Below, one piece after another: positions 13,801-27,100 of a DNA stretch of 64,000 nt; positions within the stretch are counted from its first letter, which is position 1, and every line of letters starts with the position of its first letter. The notes below the pieces were generated by a model that worked only from the letters and a program-made list of their open reading frames with translations, was not told the origin of the DNA and did not search any database. The position numbers and the translations under genes were made by a program. Origin of the DNA: Octopus vulgaris. Lineage: Eukaryota. The stretch is taken from NCBI GenBank assembly GCA_951406725.2, contig OX597821.1, positions 117,490,001-117,554,000 of the forward strand, in the 5' to 3' direction.

Positions 13801-16800
13801 TGATATATCTTATAGTAAAGATTGTTTGCCAACATAACATAACATAGCAGTCCTGGTTTAGGAAGAATGTTGCTGTAATTTAGCCCCAGGAGACATCGTC
13901 TCCACCTGGCTATATGACACAATTTGTGTCCTAATATTTTCGAACAATATAAAGACAAAAATATAAGCCAGCATGTTGCTGTAATTTAGTCTCCTGGGGC
14001 TAAATTACAGCAACAGGTTATGTTAGTAAACAATCTTTACTACAAAGTACTGTTGCTGAATATCCCACGTTGTGAGATTTACAAATAGTAATTTTCTAAT
14101 TTATAAATCAGTGACTAGTTGTCACTTTGAAAACTATAATATTTTGAATGGGAATTTGGCAGCGCCACCTCTAGCCAAGCAATTATTCTGTGCTGATGAA
14201 GGGAAATAACCCAGAAATCGTGATACACAGATATTGTTTTGAGCTGAGTGGGGGTGCTAGATTCCCTTGTTTGAAAATATAAGGACACAAATCGTGTTGT
14301 AAAACCAGCTGGAGACGATGTCTCCTGGGGCTAAATTACAGCAACATTCGTCCTAAACGAGGACTGCCATGTTATGTTGGCAAACAATCTTTACTTCAAA
14401 GTACTGTTGCTGAATATCTCTTGTTGTGAGATTTAAAAAATTAGCAATTTTCTTATGATATATCTTGTCACATCTAAAATCTTTTTTTTTTTTTGTCATG
14501 TCTGCAATCCTGTTTGTTTTTCATTTTATTTGGCAATATTGTTGCTCAAGCCACCAGCAGTCCTCAGCCTTCATGCAAATCTATCAAAACTTCCCAGTTG
14601 TAGGCTTCACAAATTTCTCATTTCTTGGATCAGTTGCTTTCTGTCGGAGCATATCATTGAAGCTTACCTTGATGGAGTTCTTTCTGTCCTGTACTTAACC
14701 AATTCTGGTGTTCTGCTCAGCTTGGTTCTCTTCCTATGTCTCTTTCCTACTTGCTTCCTCATGCAACAGTATTCAGATTGACACAAACCTTCATTTCTCT
14801 GAAACCTTCTCCAGTTAGTAGACATCATCTACACACCACACCTTTATTAATTTCATGAAAAGAGTCCTTAAAAGTATCCTTCAGTGGGGTCAAACCAACC
14901 TTGTTTCTTTTTCACAGTGAACAAACTCAAGCAATACTCATATGAAGAACCACTCACTCCTAATATGAGTGGTACTCAGTTCAAGTCGGTTCAAACAAAT
15001 GCTGGGCCTCACTATCATCAAGGATCTCTCAGAAAAAATACACCCTCTGTGTAACTAAGACCGCATCCCAAAGGCTAACCCTACTCTTTAGGGCCAGCCC
15101 CTGACACAAGCCTGTAATGAGGTCCATAAACTCCTTAAGCTTCCAGTTATTTTATGCCCCTTTATTGATATTTATTAAATGAAAGCTTAATAAATGTTCC
15201 TCAGAATAATTGACCTCATTTGTCAAATATTATTTTTGTTTGAAATTAAATATAATATTAATCACCTTCTATTTACAGGCACCATCACTTACCATTTATC
15301 TAGCGACGAAGAGGATAAAGAACTTGACTTTGTACCTGAAGAACTTCCGAAGAAACAAGGAAAGAAAAAGGCTCCTAAGAAAGAAAAGACAACAGAAAAA
15401 TCTGGTAAATAAGAGTTTATATATCTTTTGTCATTCCATGTGAGGGAGGGAAGGCAAATAAAACTGAACATCGTGAGACTTCAGCTTAGAATGGATGTAT
15501 TTTGTATTGCCATTAACAGTAGCAATGATGGAAATCTCTGCATAGTTGTGTACCAATGAGGGATTCTTTGTGTCTTTACTAAATCTGCTTAAGTAGAAAT
15601 TCCCTTCCTCCTTTTTCATTTTTTTTGCTTTTGCCCATATTTGCTAGAGTAACTCTTCTTCTATCCAGAGACCCTACTCAACATAGTCTCAGTAGCAAGT
15701 AATGCCTTTGTGTCCTCTTTCAGCCCAACTCAGTGGTGCCATGTTATTTCTGCTCAGTAGCCATTATTATATTCCTGCAATTAAGTGACTCTACTAAAAT
15801 TTAACTGACCACATCCAGCCCAAATATTCCACCTGTCTTATGTTCAAACGAGCCAGATCTAGCCTGTCACACGTGTCCTGCAATGTTATTCTAAGATAAA
15901 CAATCACACATGAGGTAATACATAATTCATTGAAAACAATGTGAAGGTGTAAACATTACATTTGTTAGAGGAACCTGAATGCTAAATAGTTCAGCAAACT
16001 AATGTCAGTTAATAAGTGGACCCTTATAGACAATCAATGTTTAAAAAAAATCCTTGTATATTTATAATTAAGTATATCTGATATGGACCCCACTTGAAAA
16101 GCACTGCTTTCAAGCAAATAATTATTACCTTCAAATATTGCCATGATGTGCATTTCTTCTCTAATAACAGCTTGTTTACTATTCTGCTGGTGTGCATGCA
16201 TGCATGCGTGCGTATGTGTGCTTTTTCTGTTTAAGTTTTGTGAGATAATTCCTTACTGCTTGTGAATTTACTTCACCTTAACAATGCTTTTTCCTTGTTT
16301 GATTATGTGCAACCACTAATACTGATTTAATTTAGGCCGAAACCAACGTACAATCCTTAGTGCTTTCAAAGTAAATCTTTCACAAGATGAACCAAGTGAA
16401 TCCAGCAAATCCAAGCATCCAAAAGCAACTTATGGTACTTCTTATTTTTGTTGCTGTTGGTTAACATTCACTAGAACTGTTTCGAAGTTAGCTTGTTTAG
16501 TTACTGACTAAAATCCTGTTAACTAATTCCAGAGCAGATTTAATTTTCGATTATGGTTTCAATTCGTTTTTGTTTACTAATGCATTTGGAAAGAAGCGCA
16601 TTACCATTCCAGTTTGTTCTTAACTAGGGATGTAAGTTGTCATGCTTAGCCAGAGAAAACGGTTTGAAATTTATAGCAATGTATCCTGCCTGAAACATAA
16701 TAGAGTTATAAGCCTGGTATGCTAAGTATACCTTAGCACAGAACATTTACTAGTTCAGACCATGTAGTGAAGACCGTATATCATCTAGGCAAAGACCTAC

Positions 16801-19800
16801 AGCCATGTTGTCATTATGGCAAATAAATAGCTTGAAAACTATTTTCTTAGCCATTTTGCTATAATTTACTGGAAATCTTTTTGTTGAAGCAATCTCTCTA
16901 TATATAAAGCTGAAGTTGTCTGTGTATGGCAGGTTTGGTAGCCTTCAACTAACACTATCTCCTCCTTCACTGTAATGCTGTCTAAACCTGTTTGTTCGAC
17001 CTAGCTGTAAAAACTGTGCCAAAACAGAGACAGGTGCAGTCTTCTGCCTGGTCAGACCCTGTCAACCCGTCCAACCCATGCCAGCATGGAAGGCAGATGT
17101 TAAACGATGTTGATGATGATGATGAACCATTTTCATGAACTTCTCAGACTGACCATCATCACTGAATGTTCACTTTTCCATGTTTGCATGGGTCAGAAAA
17201 TATTTGTTGGCAAATTTTTCTACAGCCAGATGCCCTTTCAGTCACCAACCCTCACCTGTTTCCCAGCAAGGTAATATCTCATCTTGGCCAGACACATTTT
17301 CTGCGGAAGACTGACGACTTGCATGATGATGATGTTGATGATGACAATGCTCATTTACAAGCAAAACATGATGTCCAGGCAAAGGGTACACACACTTACC
17401 CGTAGTGATCTGTTTACACACACACGCACACATTGTGCTTCTAGCTTTCATCTGTCAAGTGCACTCAGTTGGACATGAGTAGCTAGGATTTATATCACAA
17501 TAAGGGCCTCTTTAGCAAGTGGGACCTCTACAACAAGGTCACTGGGACCTATACAACAACTGCTTCAGCATCTGCATATTTCTCAGCTAACATTACTAAC
17601 AATTATTTGGATTCAGTTGCATTGAACTCTTTGTTAATTAATCTAATCATTATTTCATAAGAATTAATTACTTCTTTTCTGGGTTTATTAATTTATTGAT
17701 AAAAAAAAAAAGCTCTCCCTTCATATGATAACATTTCAATATTTTTATCGTTTATTTTTGATGTGATGTATTTGCACTACTGTTTATTATACACCAATTC
17801 TCTACATTTTGGTAATGCTTCAAGTGAACTACAACATGTTTCCCTTTGGGAAAGTTCTTTCATTGCTGTTGGATAGCCTTATTTTATCTGTAATAACCTT
17901 TGTACGTGTGGTTCTCAACCACTTTTTGCCCATCAATTTCTTTTATTGCTATTTTACTCAAGTGGACCCTTATAGACAATCAATGTTTAACCAAAACCTT
18001 GTTATATATTTATTAATTAAATATTATTAAGAATTGCATGGGAGTTTTAAAAATATTTTGTTGTGTATTTTAGGTGGGAGTATAATGAATTTAGTGCAGA
18101 TAAATGTTAACCATGAAATCTTATATGGGCCCCACTTGAGAACCCACTGCCGTATGCAGATAATTATTACCTTCACATACCATCGTGATGTGTGTCTCTT
18201 CTCTGTTAACAGCTTGTTTACTATTCTGCTGGTGTGTGTGTCTGTATGTGCATGCATGCATGCGTATATATGTATGTGCTTTTTCTGTTTAAGTTTTGTG
18301 AGATAATTCCTATCTGCTTGTGAATTAACTTCACCTTAATGCTTTTTCCTTGTTTGATTGTGTGCAACCACTATGTTGACTTTAGGCCGAAACCAACCTA
18401 CAATCCTTAGTGCTTTCAAAGTAAATCTTACACAAGATGAACCAAGTGAATCCAGCAAGTCCAAGCCTCCAAAAACTTATGGTACTTCTTATTTTTGTTG
18501 CCGTTGGTTAACATTTACTAAAACTGTTCTATATTTAAGAGATGAGTAATCATTTATTTGACAGATATTTGTCCTCATCTTGTTTGTTAACATGTTTCGG
18601 CTGATTTTCCCTCCAGCCTTCATCAGGTGTCTTGGGGTGGTGGTGTTGGTGGTGATGATGATGTTGTTGTTGTTGAGTGAGAGAGCAGTGCATGCCATCA
18701 AAGTGACACTGGGGTAAAATATACGAAGCCCAATATACCCATCATGACTACCCGTCTGATAAAGGTACACCAGGCACATGCATCACAACCATATGTGCGC
18801 GACATGGTAATCTCATATCAAGATAAACAGCACATGACCTTGCAGGTGGGGGCCCAGTTAGAATTTTCTTCTAGTTGAGTAACTCATCCCACTCAAAAGG
18901 TCCCTGAAAAAGAGTTGTTTAAGGATGTTGAACAAAACACCCATGTTTCCAGAGATGCATTATTCAAACCCCAAAGAATCCCTCTCGATACACGGCTATG
19001 ATGCTGCCTCACTACTTCTGCTTGTGATCAGAGATGCACATATCGCCAGCCACTAAGGGACATGCTCAACTGGTTACGGTCAAACAACTGACAAGCAAAT
19101 CTGGTATTTGGCTGAATATTTGTTGTAGGCCATCTTTTATGCCACGACAAAACAATGTACATGATAACACTTCCAATCAGTTAAGATCAGAAGCCATGAG
19201 AGCCACTGCCTGGTACTGCATGAGGGCATTATTATTACTATTGTTGTTATTATTATTATTATTATTATTTATTATTATTTTATCATTATTATTATTTGTT
19301 TTTTTAAGGTCACTGCCTGGAATTGAACTTGGAATCTTGAGGTTAGAAGTCCGCGCTCTTAACCACTTCCCCAAATGCTCGGGCATATGGCATAATGGTT
19401 AAGAGCACGGGCTACTAACACCAGGATTCCAAGTTCGATTCCAGGCAATGACCTGAATAATAATAATACTAACATCGAAAAATACGTGAGGAATGAGAAC
19501 CCAGGATCGAAATTTCCCCAAGACACCTGATGAAGGCGGGAAGGTATATCAGCTGAAACATTGTTTTAACAACAAACAAAAATGAGGACAAATATCCGTC
19601 AAATGTAAATAGCATTTACTAGTTCAGACCAACTTCTCCTCAGACTGGCCATCATCACTGAATGTTCACTTTTCCATGTTTGCATGGGTCAGACAATATT
19701 TGATGGCAAATTTTTCTACGGCCAGATGTCCTTTCAGTCACCAACCCTCACCTGTTTCCCCAGCAAGGTAATATCTCATCTTGGACAGACACGTTTTCTG

Positions 19801-21143
19801 CGGAAGATTGACGACTTGCATGATGATGATAATGATGTTGATGATGACAATGCTCATTTACAAGCAAAACATGATGTCCAGGCAAAGGGTACACACACTT
19901 ATCCGTAGTGATCTGTTTACACACACACGCACACATTGTGCTTCTAGCTTTCATCCGTCAAGTTCACTCAGTTGGACGAGTAGCTAGGATTTATATCACA
20001 ATGAGGGCCTCTTTAGCAAGTGGGACCTCTACAACAAGGTCACTGGGACCTATACAACAACTGCTTCAGCATCTGCATATTTCTCAGCTAACATTACTAA
20101 CAATTATTTGGATTCAGTTGCATTGAACTCTTTGTTAATTAACCTAATCGTTATTTCATAAGTAGCACTTACCTCTTTTCTGGGTTTATTAATTACCACT
20201 TCAATGCTATCTACATGCAAGTCGCGTTTTCCTTTTGTGGCTGTTTATCAGATTCCAGCTTTGTCTTTTGCTATCCATGCACCAGGTTCATTGTAGCATG
20301 GTCTGTCCATTCTTATTGGAATGTAATTAGAGCCTTTATGTACCCTGGGTGGCAGTTAGAAAAAATACACCATTTGTATGGTGTTTCATAAATTATGACA
20401 CAAATCTTATGTGTCATCATAATAATCTTTTTTTTTTCAGAACGAGTGTTTTTCTTTTTCCCAGCTGTTATCGTTTTCATTGCAGTGTTTTGTTGGTCCA
20501 TTTTAGCAAGTTTATTTTTGCTTATAAATATTCGGACTTTGAAATCTATTTGGAGTGTGTTTCTGCATTGTAGACTTGATCTCATTAGGAAGTGGCTCTT
20601 GGGGGTTTCAGTGACACAATCAAATGCTCTCAGTTTGGTAACTTGTGCCAATATGTAAATTCTTAGAAGTCATTGTCGGCCTCCTCCTCATCATCATCAT
20701 CATCCTCATCCATTTCTATTCTAGGTACAAGGACTGAAATTTTTGGGGAGTGGGGCCCCAGTCGATTAGATCGACCCCAGTACACAACTGGTACATAATT
20801 TATCGACCCCGAAAGAATGAAAGGCAAAGTCAACCTTGGCGGAATTTGAACTCAGAATGTAAAGACAGACTAAATACTGCTAAGCATTTCGTCTGGCATG
20901 CTAACGTTTCTGCCAGCTCACCACCTTATCATCACCATCTTCATCCTCATCAGTTTTTCATACTGGCATAGATTGGATGGTTTGACAGGAGCTGGCCAGG
21001 CAGAAGACTGCACCAAGCTCCATCTGCCTACCTTGCCATGGTTTCTCTAGCTGAATGCCATTCCTAACATCTGACACTCCACAGAGTGCACTTGGTGCTT
21101 TATATGTGGAACCAGCACAGGTGCTATTTATGTGACACCAGCA

Positions 21144-21183
<40 letters not shown>

Positions 21184-24100
21184 TAGTAACTGCTTCCTTG
21201 TATGTGAGCAAAGCCTCTGCTAGAAAGAGTCATTGAAATGAGGCAATGTGAGGCCCTTGTATGACTCTTGAGCCTGGCCAAAGATTTGCACATTCTATTG
21301 CATAATGCGCAGCTGTTGTGCTGGATGGCTTTCAGAAAGAACAGGTGCTACTGCATGAAATCTTTTGACATGCCTTTTCAATCCTCCAACTGAAAGCACA
21401 CCTTTCCACAGGTTGTACATGTTCTGTTGTGAACAGTAGCCATATTACACTTTACAAAAAGTTGATTCCTGCAAGTTTTCGGACAGCTGACCAAACCTAC
21501 ATGTAATAAACAACACTCGCTCATATATATATATATATAAATGTATTGTGATACATACACATTAGCAGTGTTGGCTAAGTTTTTATTGCTGTGTGTGCAA
21601 GACAATGTGAACTGCAACAAGTAATCAGATCCACACAATTGAAGCTGATATAGAAAAACAGGTGTTAAATGAGGAGGAGGAGGATGACAATTACAACCCT
21701 CGGCTTCCTCTGGTAGGCCAAACATCCTTCTATACAGGCCCCCATGTTTATTGTTAAGCTTTGGAGCAACTAATCCTTTAATAAAATTAGGTGTGGTGTT
21801 GGGGTCGTAGTGGTTATTAACCCCAAGATTCCTAGTTAGGAATGAGAACCCAGGTTTGAAATTTCCCCAAGACACCTGATGAAGGCTGGAGGGTATATCA
21901 GCCGAAACGTTGTGTTAACAACAAGCAAGATGAGGACAAATATCTGTCAAATGTAAATAATGTAAATAATTAAAAACAGTGTGACAAAATAATTTGAATA
22001 CAAAAGGGTTAAGGAAAAACTGACTGACAGAAAATGACCAAAAGGGAAATTAAAATTTCCTACACTAAGAATTACTGTTTTTACCTGTGTATAAGCTGCG
22101 CAATTTTATGCTTCAATTTTAAACCCTTTTGTTACCAACCCAGCTGAAACCGCTTCTGGCTCTGTAGTACAAATGTCTTGTTTTCATAAGTTTTGAAATA
22201 AAATCTCCCTCCAAACAACCTTAGTCACAATTTATGTTCCTAACTCCAGCTTAATGATAACTAAGTTATTTTACTAAATTCTTTGTTATATTTAAAGTAA
22301 TTATTTAAAGTAATTGAAAGAAATACAGAGTTTCTCAAAATAAATGCAGTAACGAAAGGGTTAACTGAAAATCTTGGGTGTGCAGCTTATTCATGGAGCA
22401 AAGCAAAAACTATGAAGGGTAAAAATAGTCAGAGGTGCAACTTATACACAAGTCATCGTCATCATCATCATCATCATCATTGTTTAATGTCCATTTTCCA
22501 TGCTGGCATGGATTGGACTGTTTGACTGAGGTTTAGAGATCCTGTGGCTACACCAGGCTCCAATCTGATCTGGCAGTGTTTCTACAGCTGGATGACCTTC
22601 CTAATGCCAACCACTCTGAGAGTGTAGTGAGTTCTTTTTTACATGCCACTGGCACAGCAACCTGTCAGTTGGGCCTGGCATTGATCACATTTGGATAGTG
22701 CTTTTTATGTGCCATCAGCATGGCGCCCAGTCAGGTGACACTGGCATCGGCCTCATTTGGATGGTGCTTTTTACGTGCCACTAGCACGGGGGCCAGTCAG
22801 TTGGGTACTGGCATCGGTCACATTCGGATGGTGCTTTTTATGTGCCACTGGCACGGGGGCTAGTCGGGCAGACCTGGCATCGGCACGTTCGGATGGTGCT
22901 TTTTACGTGCCACCAGCATGGGGGCCAGTTGGGGGTGGGGGTACTGGCATCTGCTACGTTCAGATGGTGGTTTTTACATGCCACCAGCAAATACAGTAAA
23001 TGTGAATATCTCTGTCCTGTTGAAATAAATGTGTCTTTGTCTTTGAATTTTAAATGTTTTCAGGAATTTTGTTGATGAAGTTAAGGGATTTTATTAATTT
23101 CTTATTGTTATTGCCTATTTTCTAGAAAAACCTGTTAAAAAGAGAAAAACCAAAAAGAAGGAAGAGAGTGATTCCGACAGTGGTTTTGTCCCTAAGAAAC
23201 CTAAAATAACTAAAGCCAAGAAAGTAAGAATTTTCTCATTTCTCTCTCCATTTGTATCTTCCTCATAATGCAATAATTTCCTTACAGCTATGACGGGAGA
23301 TTATTATTTCTTAACAAACATTGATTATTCTCATAATTTCATTCTCATTTGAATTGTTTTTATTGCCATTTCTGTACGATGATAGAATTGTCTGTGAAGT
23401 TCTGATACTGTATTGTTGAAGTACTTGCTTAACCCCTTAGCATTTAACCCTTTCAATACCAACCTGGCTGAAACCGCCTCTGGCTTTGTAGTAAAAATGT
23501 TTTGTTTTCATAAGTTCTGAATTAAAATCTTCCACCAAACCTTAGTCACAATTTATGTTCCTAACACTAGCTGAATAATAACTAAGTTATTTTACTAAAT
23601 TCTTTGTTATATTTAAAGTAATTGAAAGAAACACAGAGCATCTCAAAATAAATACAGTAATGAAAAGGTTAAAGTTGGAGAGAGAATAAGGTGGGCCTTA
23701 ACCCTTTTGATACCAAACAGGCTGAAACCAGCTCTGGCTCTGAGTACAAATGTCTTGTTTTCATAAGTTTTGATTTAAAATCTTCCACCAAACCTTAGTC
23801 ACAATTTATGTTCCTAACACTAGCTGAATAATAATTAAATTATTTTACTAAATTCTTTGTTATATCTAAAGCAATTGAAAGAAACACAGAGCACATCAAC
23901 AGAAACGCAGTAACGAAAGGGTTAAACCAGTCATATCTAGCCCATATATTCTGCCTGGTTTATGTTTAAACCTGCCAGATCAGGCTTTTCACACCTACTT
24001 TTCAATGTCATTCTGCAAAGAAAGAGTCATATCATCAAAATTGCAAATCTGAGTTAACATGTGATTTATTCAATGCAATGTGAATGAATAAACATTATAT

Positions 24101-27100
24101 TTGACCAGAGTAATCTGAATGCCAAAGGGGTTAAACTATTGACCAAACATGATTGGTATGTTAAGTCTCACCAAGGGGATGAAATTTTTGCTGACTGCGT
24201 GCAAGTCAGCTGTCATGACGTCTTTAAAAATAAAACAAGCACACTGCATCATATGAAGTGTGGAAAATCTCTAGCAAGTACCCCATTCTCAAAAATGAAG
24301 TAACACAATTCCCATCTCAAAATCTACATCCACTGTAAGGGTCAGAGGATTTGTTTTTTAATTGCCATGTCAAAAACACTCGAGCTGGTGCTATGTAAAA
24401 AGCACCCATGCTGGTGCCACATAAAAAGTATCTGCACTGGTGCCACATAAAAAAAGTTTGGCATTAAACAAAATTTTAATATTTTTACCTTTTGCTTAGT
24501 TTACCTGGATTTACCTGTAGTTAGTCACTTTGAGACAAAAATTATGCAATAGAATTGATTAAGAACCCTTTCTTTAATTATGTTCCAAATATCACATTAT
24601 TATGTTGATAAGTAAAAAAAGTTACAGTTATTTAATGAAACTAGTCTAAATTCATAATTATTTTAGAATTTAACTGAAACTCATGAGGGGTGTATTTTGG
24701 TCAGAAATATAGTAATGAAAGGGTTAAGAAGGGCATGCAGCTGTAGAAACCAAGCCAAAACAGGCAATTTGACAGAGCAATATGAATGCTAAAAAGGTTA
24801 AACTATTGACCAAACATGATTAGTAAGTTAAGTCTCACCAAGGGGATTAAATTTTTGCATGAGGGTAACTTGCTAACCATGTGCAAGTTTTCTGGGGTGC
24901 AGTTCCCTGGCTTGCTAGTTTCTGTCAAACCATCCAACCCATGCCATCGTGGTAAACAGACGTTAAGTGTGGATGATGGTTGTGATGTTGTTGATCATTG
25001 CCCTGGAATTGCATAAAGTAGGCTTCTTTCCCTTGATGTCATTCGTTTAATCATAACTTATGCATTTCAGAGTAAATCAAGCAGAGTAATGTTCTTTGTC
25101 TGTTGGGCCTTTTTTAATCCATTTTGACTTCAGCCCTAAGACTCATTAAAAGCTGGTGATTCAGGTCCCATGTATATAAGCGACTGAAAGCACAACCATT
25201 CCCTCTGAATGGAGACACTGGGTCTGTCACAGGGTTCAAGGCCAGCGATTTTGAAGGGAGAGGGTCAAAGCAATTACATCACCCACCCCTCCTCCTACTC
25301 CCGTACTTGATGGCATTTTATTTTCGAGCGAGGTCATTGCCAGTACCGCCTGACTGGCCCCCATGTCGTTGCACGTAAAAGGGCACCATTCGAGCGTGAT
25401 CGTTACCAGCGTCACCTTACTGGCACCTGTTGCCGGTGGCATGTGTAAAAAGATTCGAGCGAGGTCGTTGCCAGTACCGCCTGACTGGTCCCCGTGCTGG
25501 TGGCATGTAAAAAGCACCCACTACGCTTTTGGAGTGGTTGGCGTTAGGAAGGGCATCGAGCTGTAGAAACTCTGCCAGATCAAGATTGGAGCCTGGTGCA
25601 GCCATCTGGTTCGCCATCCCTCAGTCAAAATCGTCCAAACCAGGATTTGAGCTAAACACATGAAAAGCTAGAAGAAATGCTGCTAAGCATTTGATCCAAT
25701 TCTGCCAGCTTGTTGCCTGCTTGACAAATTTTCTGTGATTTTATATATATATACATTGATAACTTGATTCGTCTTACCCATCTCACTCACTACGAAAATT
25801 TAACCTTTTAGGCTACTTTCAAGCCTTCGCCATAACTTGATTTATCTTTCCTATCTCTCTCTCTACAAAATTTAACCTTAGGCTACCTCAAGCCGTAATC
25901 CCATCTTTTCCCATCTTTCCGCCATTGGCGATGCCCGCAGCAAGTTCTTAAAAATTTATCTTACTATTTTTATTTGTTGTTACTACGTTTATTCATACAT
26001 TGATAACTTGATTCGTCTTACCCATCTCACTCACTACGAAAATTTAACCTTTTAGGCTACTTTCAAGCCTTCGCCATAACTTGATTTATCTTTCCTATCT
26101 CTCTCTCTACGAAATTTAACCTTAGGCTACCTCAAGCCGTAATCCCATCTTTTCCCATCTTTCCGCCATTGGCGATGCCCGCAGAGACTCCGCTAGCCAA
26201 ATAGACTTCATCCTCACCAGACAACGGGATGCAGGGTTGCTCTTGAATACAAAGACCCTCTTGGGTGAAGAATGTATCCCTCAGCATAGACTAATCATCA
26301 GTGACTTTAAGCTTGAGGCCAGAAGGACTCCAAGAAACAAACCAATCCAGAAAAGAAGGATTTGGAGGCTAAAGAACCCTTCGCATGGTCAGAAATTTAG
26401 GGACATACTCATCAAGAAATTTGATGAGAGGGAGGAGGAGCTTCAGACGTCAGACATAGAAGGTAGCTGGGAATTCCTACGGGACAGCTTGTTGAGTGCC
26501 ACAGACCAAGTCTGTGGATGGTGCAAAGTCCCTTCCAGACCTAGAATTACGTGGTGGTGGAATAGTGCAGTAGATAAAGCCATCTGTGAAAAGAGACGGG
26601 CCTGGAAAGCCTGGAAGGATGGGGGCAGCAGGGAACTGTACCAGATAGCCAAAAGGGAGGCTGGGCGGCAGGTATACATTGCCAAAGATGTAGCAGAAAA
26701 GAAGAAGTTTGCCAATGTCCAGCGTCGCGAGGATCAAAGAGCTGAAGTATTTCGGATTGCCAGACAGTGTGTCAGAGAAAATAGCGATGTTATAGGAGAG
26801 AAATGTGTCCGCATGGATGATGGGGCACTTGCTTTTACTACTAGTGAAAAGAAAGAGGCTTGGAGAAGCCATTATGAAAGACTGCTGAATGAGGAGAATG
26901 AATGGGAGGAGGAGAGCCTGCCAAATGTTGACCCAGTAGAGGGGACCAGCTCCCTTGTAGATAAGGCAATTAAGGATATGAAACCAGGCAAAGCCCCTGG
27001 CCTATCAGGAATCACTGCTGAGATGCTTAAAACAGCTGGCTATGTGGGCTATGCCATAGTCACCCGCATTGTAAACCAGGTAGTTCACAATGGAGTCATA

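Larger units (their letters stand above)
16014..20192 (+). repeat. local tandem segmental duplication (~16014-17692 vs ~17960-20192) including a TOP2 exon
   Basis: collinear blocks 16014-16480 vs 17960-18527 and 17150-17692 vs 19645-20192. Confidence 0.9.

Noticed and set aside
16893-16965. TCTCTCTATATATAAAGCTGAAGTTGTCTGTG resembling a Helitron 5' end
   Set aside because: Short, with no matching 3' hairpin or CTAG nearby; insufficient support
19389-19455. tRNA-like sequences here and at 1968, 5700-5810, 63446
   Set aside because: No complete cloverleaf or acceptor stem; they continue into repeat bodies, so they are SINE heads and not tRNA genes
21200-21500. Cys/His pattern (CTTCGK..., CALCNR...SHTR) on the minus strand
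   Set aside because: Interrupted by a stop and lacking splice context; probably a decayed LINE C-terminal zinc finger, too weak to annotate
22630-22990. Regularly spaced repeats resembling a CRISPR array
   Set aside because: Eukaryotic context, no cas genes, spacers are related to each other; these are internal subrepeats of the RTE-tail family
26140-26200. Acceptor-like cccgcag before the LINE ORF, suggesting a TOP2-RT fusion
   Set aside because: The upstream TOP2 exon ends in phase 0, so splicing here reads AGA CTC CGC TAG (immediate stop), not the RT frame
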